64,000 bases of DNA from assembly GCA_049511915.1 (NCBI GenBank), contig JBEKXQ010000010.1, forward strand, positions 4,215 to 68,214, read 5' to 3'. Below the pieces are notes generated by a model. It did not search any database and was not told the origin of the DNA. It worked only from the letters and a program-made list of their open reading frames with translations. Positions 56,656 to 64,000 of this stretch are shown here, piece by piece. The position numbers and the translations under genes are program-made. How positions within the stretch are numbered: the stretch's first letter is position 1; each line of letters opens with the position of its first letter. The stretch comes from Candidatus Korobacteraceae bacterium (lineage in GTDB: Bacteria; Acidobacteriota; Terriglobia; Terriglobales; Acidobacteriaceae).

Positions 56656-57806
56656 AATGGGTAGTCCACGTGCAGCAAGATGGAATAACGCGAGTATTTG
56701 GCGGGCGATGATCCGTCATATTGCCGCAGATAGTAATTCTGCACGCGTTCGAGACGCGGCAGAGTGAAGGTTTGGGTGGTGAAGCGTCCGGCGAGATTGC
56801 CGCTGTCGCTGGCACCCCAGCCGCCATCAGAACGGCGCGCTTCGATGCCGCCGCCGGACGGAGGCGCGACGCCGGCGTCGAAGGTGATCTCGGTCGCGAT
56901 GACGTTGGTCACCTGGGCTGCCGTAAGAGAATCGATGTAGAGCGAAGACGAAGGCGTGCCCGTGTCGTAGATGGTGGCAAGGGGCGCGGCCAAGGTGATG
57001 GCTTCGAGTTTGAACGCGATGGGCTCATCAGCATCGGTGGCGAATTTTATGTCGTATTGCGAGCGATCGTCGGCGAGCGAGATGGCTTGCAGATCGACAT
57101 CGCGGACGATGGCGGTGAAGGCGGCTCCGCGCAACGGCGCCGACACCTGAACGGCATTGCCGGGAAGTACATCTTCGACCGGCAGCAGATCGCTGAGAAC
57201 TTTGTATTCGCCCAGCCAGGCGGGTTGCACGGTGTCGTCCGCCGCGGTTTCCACGCGGTATTCGCTATCGAATACGGGAAAAACGATCTGGCGGACATTG
57301 GCGCGCGAGGTGACCAGCGCGCCCCGGCGCAACGGCTCCGGCAGATTGTCCAGGAGCCGGTGCACGATGCGGAAGATTTCCTCGGCGGAACGCTGGTCGT
57401 GCGCGACCTGAACGCTGAGCGTGCCCTCGCGAGTGATGCGGCTGATAAAGAAGCGCGCGGCGACATAGGTAGTGACGCCAAGCTGACGCGCTTTTAGCAC
57501 GATGTTGCGATTCGTGCTACGGCGCTCCAGATCCTGCTGTGCGCGGTTGAGTATGAACTGGCGGAGATGGCCGTGCTTGTCGCGAATTTTCAGCATGGCC
57601 CACATCAGGTACTCGCGCCAGGTGGTGGCCGCAGGCGAGGTCTTGTACTTGCCGATGACATAGTTCGGCGAGGGCTTCTCGTCGAGGTGGTTGCTGCACG
57701 CCTTGAGTACATCGGCGGTCAGTTCGTCTGACAGTTCGGGCAGCCCCGACGTGTCGGGTGGGACCGCAGGTTGCGGTTTCGAATTGGTTGTGCGTTTTGT
57801 GGGCAT
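56652..57806 (-). CDS. Chimeric phage-derived ORF: terminase large-subunit N-terminal ATPase fragment fused to an unrelated C-terminal half
   Basis: T4 gp17-like Walker A context NIVLKARQLGVTTYVAARFF and the downstream ...LLDNLPEPL...SEYRVETAADD. No Walker B, catalytic Glu or nuclease domain follows. The sequence changes instead to a tail-protein-like region. Confidence 0.7.
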   Translation of the reverse strand: MPTKRTTNSKPQPAVPPDTSGLPELSDELTADVLKACSNHLDEKPSPNYVIGKYKTSPAATTWREYLMWAMLKIRDKHGHLRQFILNRAQQDLERRSTNRNIVLKARQLGVTTYVAARFFISRITREGTLSVQVAHDQRSAEEIFRIVHRLLDNLPEPLRRGALVTSRANVRQIVFPVFDSEYRVETAADDTVQPAWLGEYKVLSDLLPVEDVLPGNAVQVSAPLRGAAFTAIVRDVDLQAISLADDRSQYDIKFATDADEPIAFKLEAITLAAPLATIYDTGTPSSSLYIDSLTAAQVTNVIATEITFDAGVAPPSGGGIEARRSDGGWGASDSGNLAGRFTTQTFTLPRLERVQNYYLRQYDGSSPAKYSRYSILLHVDYPL

Positions 57807-57858
57807 GGGAGTCGGAAATCAGTGACTTGTGGCTAGTGATCAGGTGGTGAGTTACGCT

Positions 57859-57873
57859 GTCCCACATTGTGGG
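57859..57873. promoter_or_regulatory. Palindromic motif GTCCCAC-N3-GTGGG upstream of the chimeric gene
   Basis: It lies 53 nt upstream of the 57806 start. The same motif is at 62711-62725, 44 nt upstream of the giant gene. Confidence 0.45.
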
Positions 57874-57978
57874 GGTCTACGAAAGGCTCGACGCCGGTCA
57901 AAACTGGAACGGGGCAATAAGAGTCTCGCGGGAATAGAGATTCCTCGGAATAGCACCGTTAAAGAATCCTGGCCCAGC

Positions 57979-60900
57979 CTACTGGATGGTCTGGCAGTAG
58001 AAGCTGTCGCCGGTCATCTTGTCGGTGCTGGCGACGTTGAAGGTGAAGGAGAGGGTGTCGGCGCTGGCGAGGTTCTCGGTCCATGCGAGGCCGGTGTAGG
58101 GCGCGATGGTTGTGCCGCCAAATGCGGCCCAGGGGACGTTCACGGTTTCAGCAGTCAGCGATGAGAAGGTGAAGATCTCGATGGAGGCGTCGCCGCCATT
58201 GTTGCCGGTTGTGTAGGTGGTCGGATAAGTGTAGGCGGTGCTACCTAACTTCCAACCGACGGTTACGGTCGCGCTTCCCGTGGTGTGGCGGGCGCGAGCG
58301 AAGCACTTGATTCCCGTTCCTACCGAAAAAGTTCCGGCAGGCAAGCTCACACTGTAGAGCGCAGCGGTTGAGCCAGTACCGGTGATAGCCGACGTGGGGC
58401 CTTGAATTGTTCCCGAGACTACATGCATGGCCGGGACGGTGCCGCCGAGTTGCGAATACTGCACCTGGCCGCAGGTAGGCGCGACGCCGTTGGTGCTCGC
58501 GACTTCGTATTGACCGGAGGGACATGCGCCTGCGTTGGGCCAATTCGAAGCGGTCGGAATGGTTGGCTTGTTGCTCAGGTCGTTATAACTGCCGGAGGTT
58601 GCAACGGTTGCCGGCGTATTGCCGTTGATCTTGGCGACGGTGGGATTGGGATAGCTGCCGCTGAGATCGCCGCCCGCCGCGCCGTTCGCGCCGGAGCCGC
58701 AGCCGTTGCATGTAGTGACGTTCAAGGTGCCGACGGTCGCGGTGGTCGAGTTAACATCGGCGGCGTAGACCTCGGGCCAGCGGACGTTGGGATCGCCAAT
58801 CCAGCGCACGCTGGTGTCGCCCGTCGCCCAGACGGGAATGAACGTCCAGGTCGTCGTGTCATAGCCGGGATTGGTCCAGCGCCATCCCATACGCGCCTGA
58901 TACTCCGGCGTCTGCCCGAATTGCGTGCGATTGAAGGTGCCGAACTTCAGGCCGCCGTCGTAATAGTTAGCGTTGTCGCCGTTGCCGATGGCCGCGATGT
59001 CGGTGGAACTGTCGCTGCCGGCGCCGAACATCTCGGTAGGCGTGCCGTTGGGACTCGCCTGCATGAAGGTGTTGGGCTGGAATGTGAAAGCCTGGTTGCC
59101 GAAGACAATGCCATTGCTCAGGTAGAAGACAGGCTGCTTGAGCGCAGTGGCGACGTTGGCGATGACCTGGCCGCGGACGGTGTCGTTCAGGATATTGACA
59201 TAACCGTTGAGGTAAAAGTTTTCCTGCTCATACTGGATGGAGCCGGGGCCAGTGCTTTCGACGAAATTCTGCTGGGTGGTGCCGAAGGCATAACCGCCGT
59301 CAACTTTAATGGAGGCTAGAACGGTGTTGCTGGTAGTGGTGGCGAGGATGACAGGATCCTGCGCCGGGGGATTGCAGATGGTGCTTTCGGCTTCGGCCTT
59401 GAGACCGTGGATGGTTAGTGTGCCAGCCGAATCGAAATTAGCGGCGATGAGCGATGTGTGATTGCAATCGCCGCTGATGCCGTTGAGGACGGCGATGCCG
59501 GACAGGTTGGTGAAGGCAACGCCGGAACCATGCACCGCGAGATTACTGGTGATATTCATGATGTCTGACGGTGTGGCAGCGTAGCCGATGTTCTCGAAAT
59601 TGTGGTTGTAGCAGGCGGAGAGTTCGACATCGTGAACGCTGGCGACTTCGCCCATGTTCTCGACTTTGAGGCAATCGCCGGCGGTTTGATTCGCGCCGTT
59701 GCCGACGAGGCGCAGGAATCCGATCTCGCCCCAATGCCACCACTGCGGATTGGTCGCGCCGGTGCCGACGGTGGAAGTGGCGATGAGATCGGCGTTCAGA
59801 CCGTTGGCGGGCTGAAGGATGGTCCCGTGATTGGTTGAGGTGCTTGCGCCCAGCAGACGCGCGCCCGGCTGCACGATGATGCCCGCAGTCACATTGTTGT
59901 TGCCATTGTTGAAAGTGACAGTCGCGTTGATGGTGTACGTAGTAGGCGCGAGTCTGACAATGACCGAGTCGGGAATATTGAAGCCGGGTCCGATGTAGGG
60001 CGCGGTGCGATCGTCGACGACTGCGCCGAGCACGCTGCCATTGTTGTAGGCCGCGTTGATGGCGGCTTGAATGCTGGAGTAGTGGCTGACGAGGAAGTCG
60101 ACGCCGGGAATGTTCTGATAGGTCAGCGCGGTGGCGCTGACGGTGTTAGGCGTGACATTGCCGATGGGCGGAGGCGAGCTAAGCGAGACGTTGCTGCAGG
60201 TGTTCCAGGTCATGGGCGCCGAACCGCCACCCGACGATACGAGACATTGGCCGGCCGAGCCCGGAGTCGTAGGCAACGTCATTTGAAATGCGCTGAAAGT
60301 AGCAGAGGCAGCCGACAAGGTTACGTTGTTGGCCGCTGTGGTGGGCGAGAACAGCTGAAGGCCAAGATTGTTGATGCCGACGACCGCATTGCCGCCGACG
60401 CTCCACTCAAAGCCGGCTGAGGCAGGAACGCCGTAGAAGAGGCCGTCGATTGTGCCGAACGCCTCGTAGTTGGAGACGCCGGTGTCGCCCGCGGCGACAG
60501 AACCGTACTTTTCGTTCTTTACCACAATGTGGGAGCCGCTGTTGACGATGCCGTACTGATAGGGTGGAGTGCGGTTATCGTCGGCCTCAACGCCGTCGAG
60601 CAGAATGATGCGGGAACCGCTGTCAAGCTGAACAATGTGCGAGGCGGGACTGGTCGACATTCCCCCATTGCCGGAGACTATTTTGGAGGCGACCACGTCG
60701 GCAGCGCCGACGAACGAGAGACACGGCCCATACGACTGAGTGCAATTGAGGTCGTCGATCTCGACCATGTAAGAGTCTTCCACCATCATGCCGCCAAGAT
60801 CGGGTTGAGGCTGCACAGGAGAATTCCAGGCTCCGCCGAACCACTGGACATCCTTAACCGAGCTGTTCTTGACGTACTTCAAGTGGACGCCGTGATTGGG

Positions 60901-62667
60901 ATAGCTGGGGATGGATGACTCGTGGGGCTTAGCGCCGATCAGTGAGACGTTCGTAGCCCACATTGTGGGAGTACCCTCGATGAAGATGTCGTCCCAATCG
61001 CCGGGATTGTTGCCGCGATTCGACTCCGAGATGTTGGGGAAGTTGACATTGACAGAAATGACGTAGAACTCGACCGCCCCCAAACCGTAGAGATTCGCGT
61101 TGCCTACGTTGATCCACATCACGCCGCCGTCACGGGTGACACAACCCACACTCTGGCAGAACTGGGAAGGCCGCGTGGCGGCGCTGGCTCCGACTTGCTG
61201 GGTATAGAAAGCGTAAGCCCCGGGATTGTTGGAGGCAGGCAGGATCATCTTGGGCTCGAGATAGGTGTGACTGGCGACCCAGTCGCCGCCCTCGTTGGCG
61301 TCGAGGTGCATGCCGTAGAGCTTGTTCATGTACCCTGTGGGACCATCGAGAACGTTGCCGCCGGAGACGATGTGCCAGCCGTCGCCGGAATTGCCATTGG
61401 CCTGCGACATGCCGGAGATGTGGCCGTCACCACCCCAGACCACGCCATCGCCACCGCTGGTATCGGAGACGGTGTTGTACATGTCACCCTGAGCGGCAAT
61501 GGTGAGAATGTTGGCGCCGGTGAAGGCGCGAGCGTGGACACCGTGGATCTTTATGGAATAGACCGCGGGAGCGAAGATGCCAAAGGTGCCGATGCTGTTG
61601 CCGTCCAGGGCGCAGTTCAGAACCTGGGTGCCGTCGGCGGTGTGGTAGTTGCCGTTGTTGACTTCGGCATCGGCGAAGTTGGCGATGAGCGGAGCCGCGG
61701 CGCCGGACAGCAACGTGGTGGGGGAAGTCTGGAGGAATGTGGCCGCGGGACAGTCGATAACGACATTAGGCGCGCTGACATTGATGCCGGGATTACCGTT
61801 GAAGGTCCAGTTGCCGGCGCCGAAGAGCAGGACGACCGGCTTGTTGATGGAGATGGTGGCATTGCAGGTCTGTCCCGGACTGAAGCCGCGCGCGTCAACG
61901 GTTCCTCCTGCGGCGGGCAGCGAGCCGATGGCGGCATTAATCTGAGCGCAGGGATCGGATTGCGGATAGTTGGCGGGATTGGGAATGCCGTTGGTGGTCT
62001 GCACCGTGAGAGCGGTGAAGTTGCCGGTGTTGGGCGTGACATTGCCGATGGGCGGAGGTGAGGAGAAATTTCCGCTACCTCCGCCGCTGGCGTCCACATA
62101 GGCCTTGTTGGCTGCGTCGCTGGGATTCTGCGGCGTGGGAACCGACGGAGAGCTGCTGAAGGTCTTCACCCCGGCGACAGTCTGCGCGTCGGTGAGGTCC
62201 ATGTAGTGGGAGTCGGCATACTCGCGAGTGAGAAATTGCGCCGCCTGATTCGCAGGAACCAGGGTGCTGCGAATGGCGCCGATGGTAGTGGTGGTGAGAT
62301 TCGGGACCGTCCAATACTCGGAGGCGGTAGATCCGTCGTCAAGTTTGTAAGTCACTCTGTAATAGGTGCCGGCGGGCGTTGCGCCGCTGTTGGGCGCGAG
62401 ACTGGCGTTGAACAGCCCGCCTGAGCCCAGGGTGACGGTGAGATTGCCGGCCGCGACCGGCTGTCCGGCGGCCGTGGTGAAGGCCGACCAGAGAATGACG
62501 ACGTCACCTTGCGCGGAAGAGCCGTCGGCGCGATAGACGGTATCCGAAATCTGGCACAGGGTAAGGCCGGGGCTGAAGGCGAAGACGGCCCGCGGAAGCA
62601 GGACGGCGAAGGCGATCGAGATCAGGACAGAAAAAAACCGCCCTGCAAGGCGGTGAGTGTTCGGCAT
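57979..62667 (-). CDS. Giant (1562 aa) secreted tail-fibre/tailspike-like protein with two beta-helix modules
   Basis: Signal peptide FFSVLISIAFAVLLPRAVFA. Tail-fibre motifs QTVAGVKTFSS.P.VPTP...ANKAYVD and DLSGSYPNPTV...SGSYNDLSNKPTIP. The PPPIGNVTPNT motif occurs twice, each time followed by a pectate-lyase-like region. Confidence 0.85.
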   Translation of the reverse strand: MPNTHRLAGRFFSVLISIAFAVLLPRAVFAFSPGLTLCQISDTVYRADGSSAQGDVVILWSAFTTAAGQPVAAGNLTVTLGSGGLFNASLAPNSGATPAGTYYRVTYKLDDGSTASEYWTVPNLTTTTIGAIRSTLVPANQAAQFLTREYADSHYMDLTDAQTVAGVKTFSSSPSVPTPQNPSDAANKAYVDASGGGSGNFSSPPPIGNVTPNTGNFTALTVQTTNGIPNPANYPQSDPCAQINAAIGSLPAAGGTVDARGFSPGQTCNATISINKPVVLLFGAGNWTFNGNPGINVSAPNVVIDCPAATFLQTSPTTLLSGAAAPLIANFADAEVNNGNYHTADGTQVLNCALDGNSIGTFGIFAPAVYSIKIHGVHARAFTGANILTIAAQGDMYNTVSDTSGGDGVVWGGDGHISGMSQANGNSGDGWHIVSGGNVLDGPTGYMNKLYGMHLDANEGGDWVASHTYLEPKMILPASNNPGAYAFYTQQVGASAATRPSQFCQSVGCVTRDGGVMWINVGNANLYGLGAVEFYVISVNVNFPNISESNRGNNPGDWDDIFIEGTPTMWATNVSLIGAKPHESSIPSYPNHGVHLKYVKNSSVKDVQWFGGAWNSPVQPQPDLGGMMVEDSYMVEIDDLNCTQSYGPCLSFVGAADVVASKIVSGNGGMSTSPASHIVQLDSGSRIILLDGVEADDNRTPPYQYGIVNSGSHIVVKNEKYGSVAAGDTGVSNYEAFGTIDGLFYGVPASAGFEWSVGGNAVVGINNLGLQLFSPTTAANNVTLSAASATFSAFQMTLPTTPGSAGQCLVSSGGGSAPMTWNTCSNVSLSSPPPIGNVTPNTVSATALTYQNIPGVDFLVSHYSSIQAAINAAYNNGSVLGAVVDDRTAPYIGPGFNIPDSVIVRLAPTTYTINATVTFNNGNNNVTAGIIVQPGARLLGASTSTNHGTILQPANGLNADLIATSTVGTGATNPQWWHWGEIGFLRLVGNGANQTAGDCLKVENMGEVASVHDVELSACYNHNFENIGYAATPSDIMNITSNLAVHGSGVAFTNLSGIAVLNGISGDCNHTSLIAANFDSAGTLTIHGLKAEAESTICNPPAQDPVILATTTSNTVLASIKVDGGYAFGTTQQNFVESTGPGSIQYEQENFYLNGYVNILNDTVRGQVIANVATALKQPVFYLSNGIVFGNQAFTFQPNTFMQASPNGTPTEMFGAGSDSSTDIAAIGNGDNANYYDGGLKFGTFNRTQFGQTPEYQARMGWRWTNPGYDTTTWTFIPVWATGDTSVRWIGDPNVRWPEVYAADVNSTTATVGTLNVTTCNGCGSGANGAAGGDLSGSYPNPTVAKINGNTPATVATSGSYNDLSNKPTIPTASNWPNAGACPSGQYEVASTNGVAPTCGQVQYSQLGGTVPAMHVVSGTIQGPTSAITGTGSTAALYSVSLPAGTFSVGTGIKCFARARHTTGSATVTVGWKLGSTAYTYPTTYTTGNNGGDASIEIFTFSSLTAETVNVPWAAFGGTTIAPYTGLAWTENLASADTLSFTFNVASTDKMTGDSFYCQTIQ

Positions 62668-62710
62668 GGCGAATGCCTCTCTGTTGCCGGAGAAACCGGC
62701 TCGTAAGTGT

Positions 62711-62725
62711 GTCCCACTCTGTGGG
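62711..62725. promoter_or_regulatory. Palindromic motif GTCCCAC-N3-GTGGG upstream of the giant gene
   Basis: Second copy of the motif seen at 57859-57873. Confidence 0.45.
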
Positions 62726-62783
62726 TATTAAAGGTTGCGACATGGAGTGCTGGCCGTAAGTTCTGATTCAGGGCACGGCGAAA

Positions 62784-62845
62784 TCCCTCAGCGGCTAAAG
62801 CCACGCTGATTTTGCGCATGTGCGGACGGCCCGAAGGCCGTCCCC
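62784..62845 (+). repeat. Intergenic hairpin repeat, family D copy 2
   Basis: TCCCTCAGCGGCTAAAGCC...GCGGACGGCCCGAAGGCCGTCCCC. Confidence 0.8.
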
Positions 62846-62867
62846 CTCTTGCTGCGAAAGCCGGAAA

Positions 62868-62908
62868 GCAGATCCCTCGCCAGCTTGAAAGCTTACTCGT
62901 GATGACAA
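62868..62908 (+). repeat. Intergenic hairpin repeat, family B copy 2
   Basis: GCAGATCCCTCG-hairpin-CTCGTGATGACAA. A 3'-box-only unit (GCGGAC/GTCCGC + TCGGGATGAC) follows at 62918-62943. Confidence 0.8.
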
Positions 62909-62970
62909 TTTCGAAATGCGGACAAGTCCGCTCGGGATGACGGAAACGTGCACGCGATCCTTCCAGTATA

Positions 62971-63024
62971 GGGGTCCTTCGACTCCGCGTCCGCAAACAG
63001 CGCGGACGCTACGCTCAGGATGAC
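62971..63024 (+). repeat. Intergenic hairpin repeat, family A copy 3
   Basis: GGGGTCCTTCGACTCC + stem GCGTCCGC/GCGGACGC + GCTCAGGATGAC. Confidence 0.85.
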
Positions 63025-63093
63025 AGTTTATGTAATAGTGCTAATTCTCCGCCCGGGATGACAACGTAATGCTCTACGACTGTTTACGACCGC

Positions 63094-63555
63094 TTAACTG
63101 CGGGGCTGTTCGGCGGCGGAATAGGTGCGCATGAAGTCCTCGACGCTGTCGACGTAGACATCGGCAAAATCGACGACGTGGCGACGGAACTGGATAAGCT
63201 GCAGGGCGCCTTCCTGGGAAAAACCCCGAGCGCGAAGCACCGCCAGCGCCATCATGGGGGCGCGATGAACGCCGGCGGCGCAGTGAATGAAGAGGCGGGA
63301 TTCAGGATCGTCCAGGGCGGCGAGAGCGAAATCCACGCCGCGCTGGAAGAGCGCCGGCGGCTTAGGCTGAAAGTCGTCGTCGGTCGGATTCCACAGCACC
63401 TTGACGCCGTAGGGTTCGGCCAGGCGAGTGTCGTCGAACTCGATCTGCATGTCGATGATATGGGTGACGCCGGCGCGGACCACCTCGATCATTTTGTCAT
63501 CGTTCCAGATGCCGCCGCCAACTGCGATCCGGTCGGTCACCCACGTCATGTCCAT
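63094..63555 (-). CDS. Dual-specificity/Cys-based protein phosphatase
   Basis: CX5R active site HCAAGVHRA. The ATG at 63555 has AGGAG upstream. Confidence 0.8.
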   Translation of the reverse strand: MDMTWVTDRIAVGGGIWNDDKMIEVVRAGVTHIIDMQIEFDDTRLAEPYGVKVLWNPTDDDFQPKPPALFQRGVDFALAALDDPESRLFIHCAAGVHRAPMMALAVLRARGFSQEGALQLIQFRRHVVDFADVYVDSVEDFMRTYSAAEQPRS

Positions 63556-63638
63556 GCGATGGTAGCTCCTGGAATTTGACGACAGCCGCACTCCCAATCT
63601 TTCGCCAAAGGCGTGCGAAAGGTTGGCGTACGACGAAA

Positions 63639-63680
63639 GCAGATCCCTCGTCGGCCTTAAAGGCCTCCTCGGGATGACAA
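63639..63680 (+). repeat. Intergenic hairpin repeat, family B copy 3
   Basis: GCAGATCCCTCG-hairpin(GGCCT/AGGCC)-CTCGGGATGACAA. A family C unit GGCGCAGCTAAAGCTGCGCCCCTTCAAAA follows at 63699-63728 (compare 49488-49510). Confidence 0.8.
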
Positions 63681-63743
63681 ACTTAAGGGACTTGTGACGG
63701 CGCAGCTAAAGCTGCGCCCCTTCAAAACCAGCCAGAAGTCATT

Positions 63744-64000
63744 TTACAGACTCGAGAGCGCCATGTCGGGGTCGGGCTCGTCACAGGGTGGCGCGACGCC
63801 GATGCTGCGGAAGAAAGACTCGATTGGATTCGGCGGAGCTGTATCGGCGGCCGGATTCGATGCAGGCGCGGCGACTGATGCGGCGGAGGTGTTGTCGTCG
63901 TCGCTGGTGGGCAGCGAGTAGACGCCCGCGAAGTCGAACAGGGCTTTGGCGGCGTTGTAATTGCCTAGGAGCGCCAGGGCGATGATGGCGTCGTTGATCT
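63744..64000 (-). CDS. 3' end of a gene running off the window (hypothetical)
   Basis: Open minus-strand frame from the window edge to TAA at 63744-63746 (...INDAIIALALLGNYNAAKALFDF...PDMALSSL). No start in the window and no recognised motif. Confidence 0.35.
   Translation of the reverse strand, partial: INDAIIALALLGNYNAAKALFDFAGVYSLPTSDDDNTSAASVAAPASNPAADTAPPNPIESFFRSIGVAPPCDEPDPDMALSSL

Noticed and set aside
58402-62061. Plus-strand ORFs 58402-59319 and 61195-62061 inside the giant gene
   Set aside because: Gly/Ala/Val/Asp-rich antisense frames. The 4.7-kb minus frame is uninterrupted and motif-bearing.
1-64000. CRISPR arrays, rRNA genes, IS transposases, integrases
   Set aside because: No regularly spaced direct repeats with unique spacers were seen. 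No rRNA-like stretches were seen. No ORF carried DDE transposase or tyrosine/serine recombinase motifs.

Overview
This is a roughly 60% GC chromosomal segment. Its gene content suggests Acidobacteriota (Terriglobia-like): an ADOP duplicated MacB/FtsX permease, a CarboxypepD_reg-type TonB receptor, and many short intergenic palindromic repeats. This taxonomic call is an inference. Most of the window is housekeeping:
- a heavy-metal-type sensor kinase
- a seven-gene respiratory operon (caa3-type oxidase ctaC-ctaD-ctaE, a membrane protein, a dihaem cytochrome c, a Rieske protein and cytochrome b/c)
- a pentose-phosphate cluster (zwf, HAD, tal, pgi, rpiA)
- hemL, acpP-acpP-fabF and dtd

No rRNA gene, CRISPR array, transposase or integrase was seen. 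Items worth a second look:
1. A 25-aa PqqA-like precursor peptide ORF (12930-13007), missed by the ORF track. No pqqBCDE genes are in the window, and it lies about 300 nt from a truncated tRNA-Lys(CTT) 3' half in AT-richer DNA.
2. A cluster at 22.3-26.4 kb. Two paralogous secreted CxxC proteins flank a membrane-protein/TetR operon that has a perfect palindromic operator. Next come a secreted His/Met/Cys-rich protein and a secreted 18-Cys CC-doublet metallothionein-like protein.
3. A phage-derived module at 56.4-62.7 kb. A T4 gp17-like terminase N-terminus is truncated before Walker B and fused in frame to an unrelated C-terminal half. Beside it is a 1562-aa signal-peptide-bearing tail-fibre/tailspike-like giant. 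Both genes carry the same upstream palindrome.
4. An S41 peptidase homologue lacking both the catalytic Ser and the catalytic Lys.
5. Tandem acpP genes that are identical in protein but diverged at synonymous sites.
6. A YheT-like hydrolase whose conserved N-terminus has no canonical start codon.
7. Several families of dispersed hairpin repeats, one with compensatory stem changes.

All calls come from reading the sequence and recalling family motifs. No database search was run.
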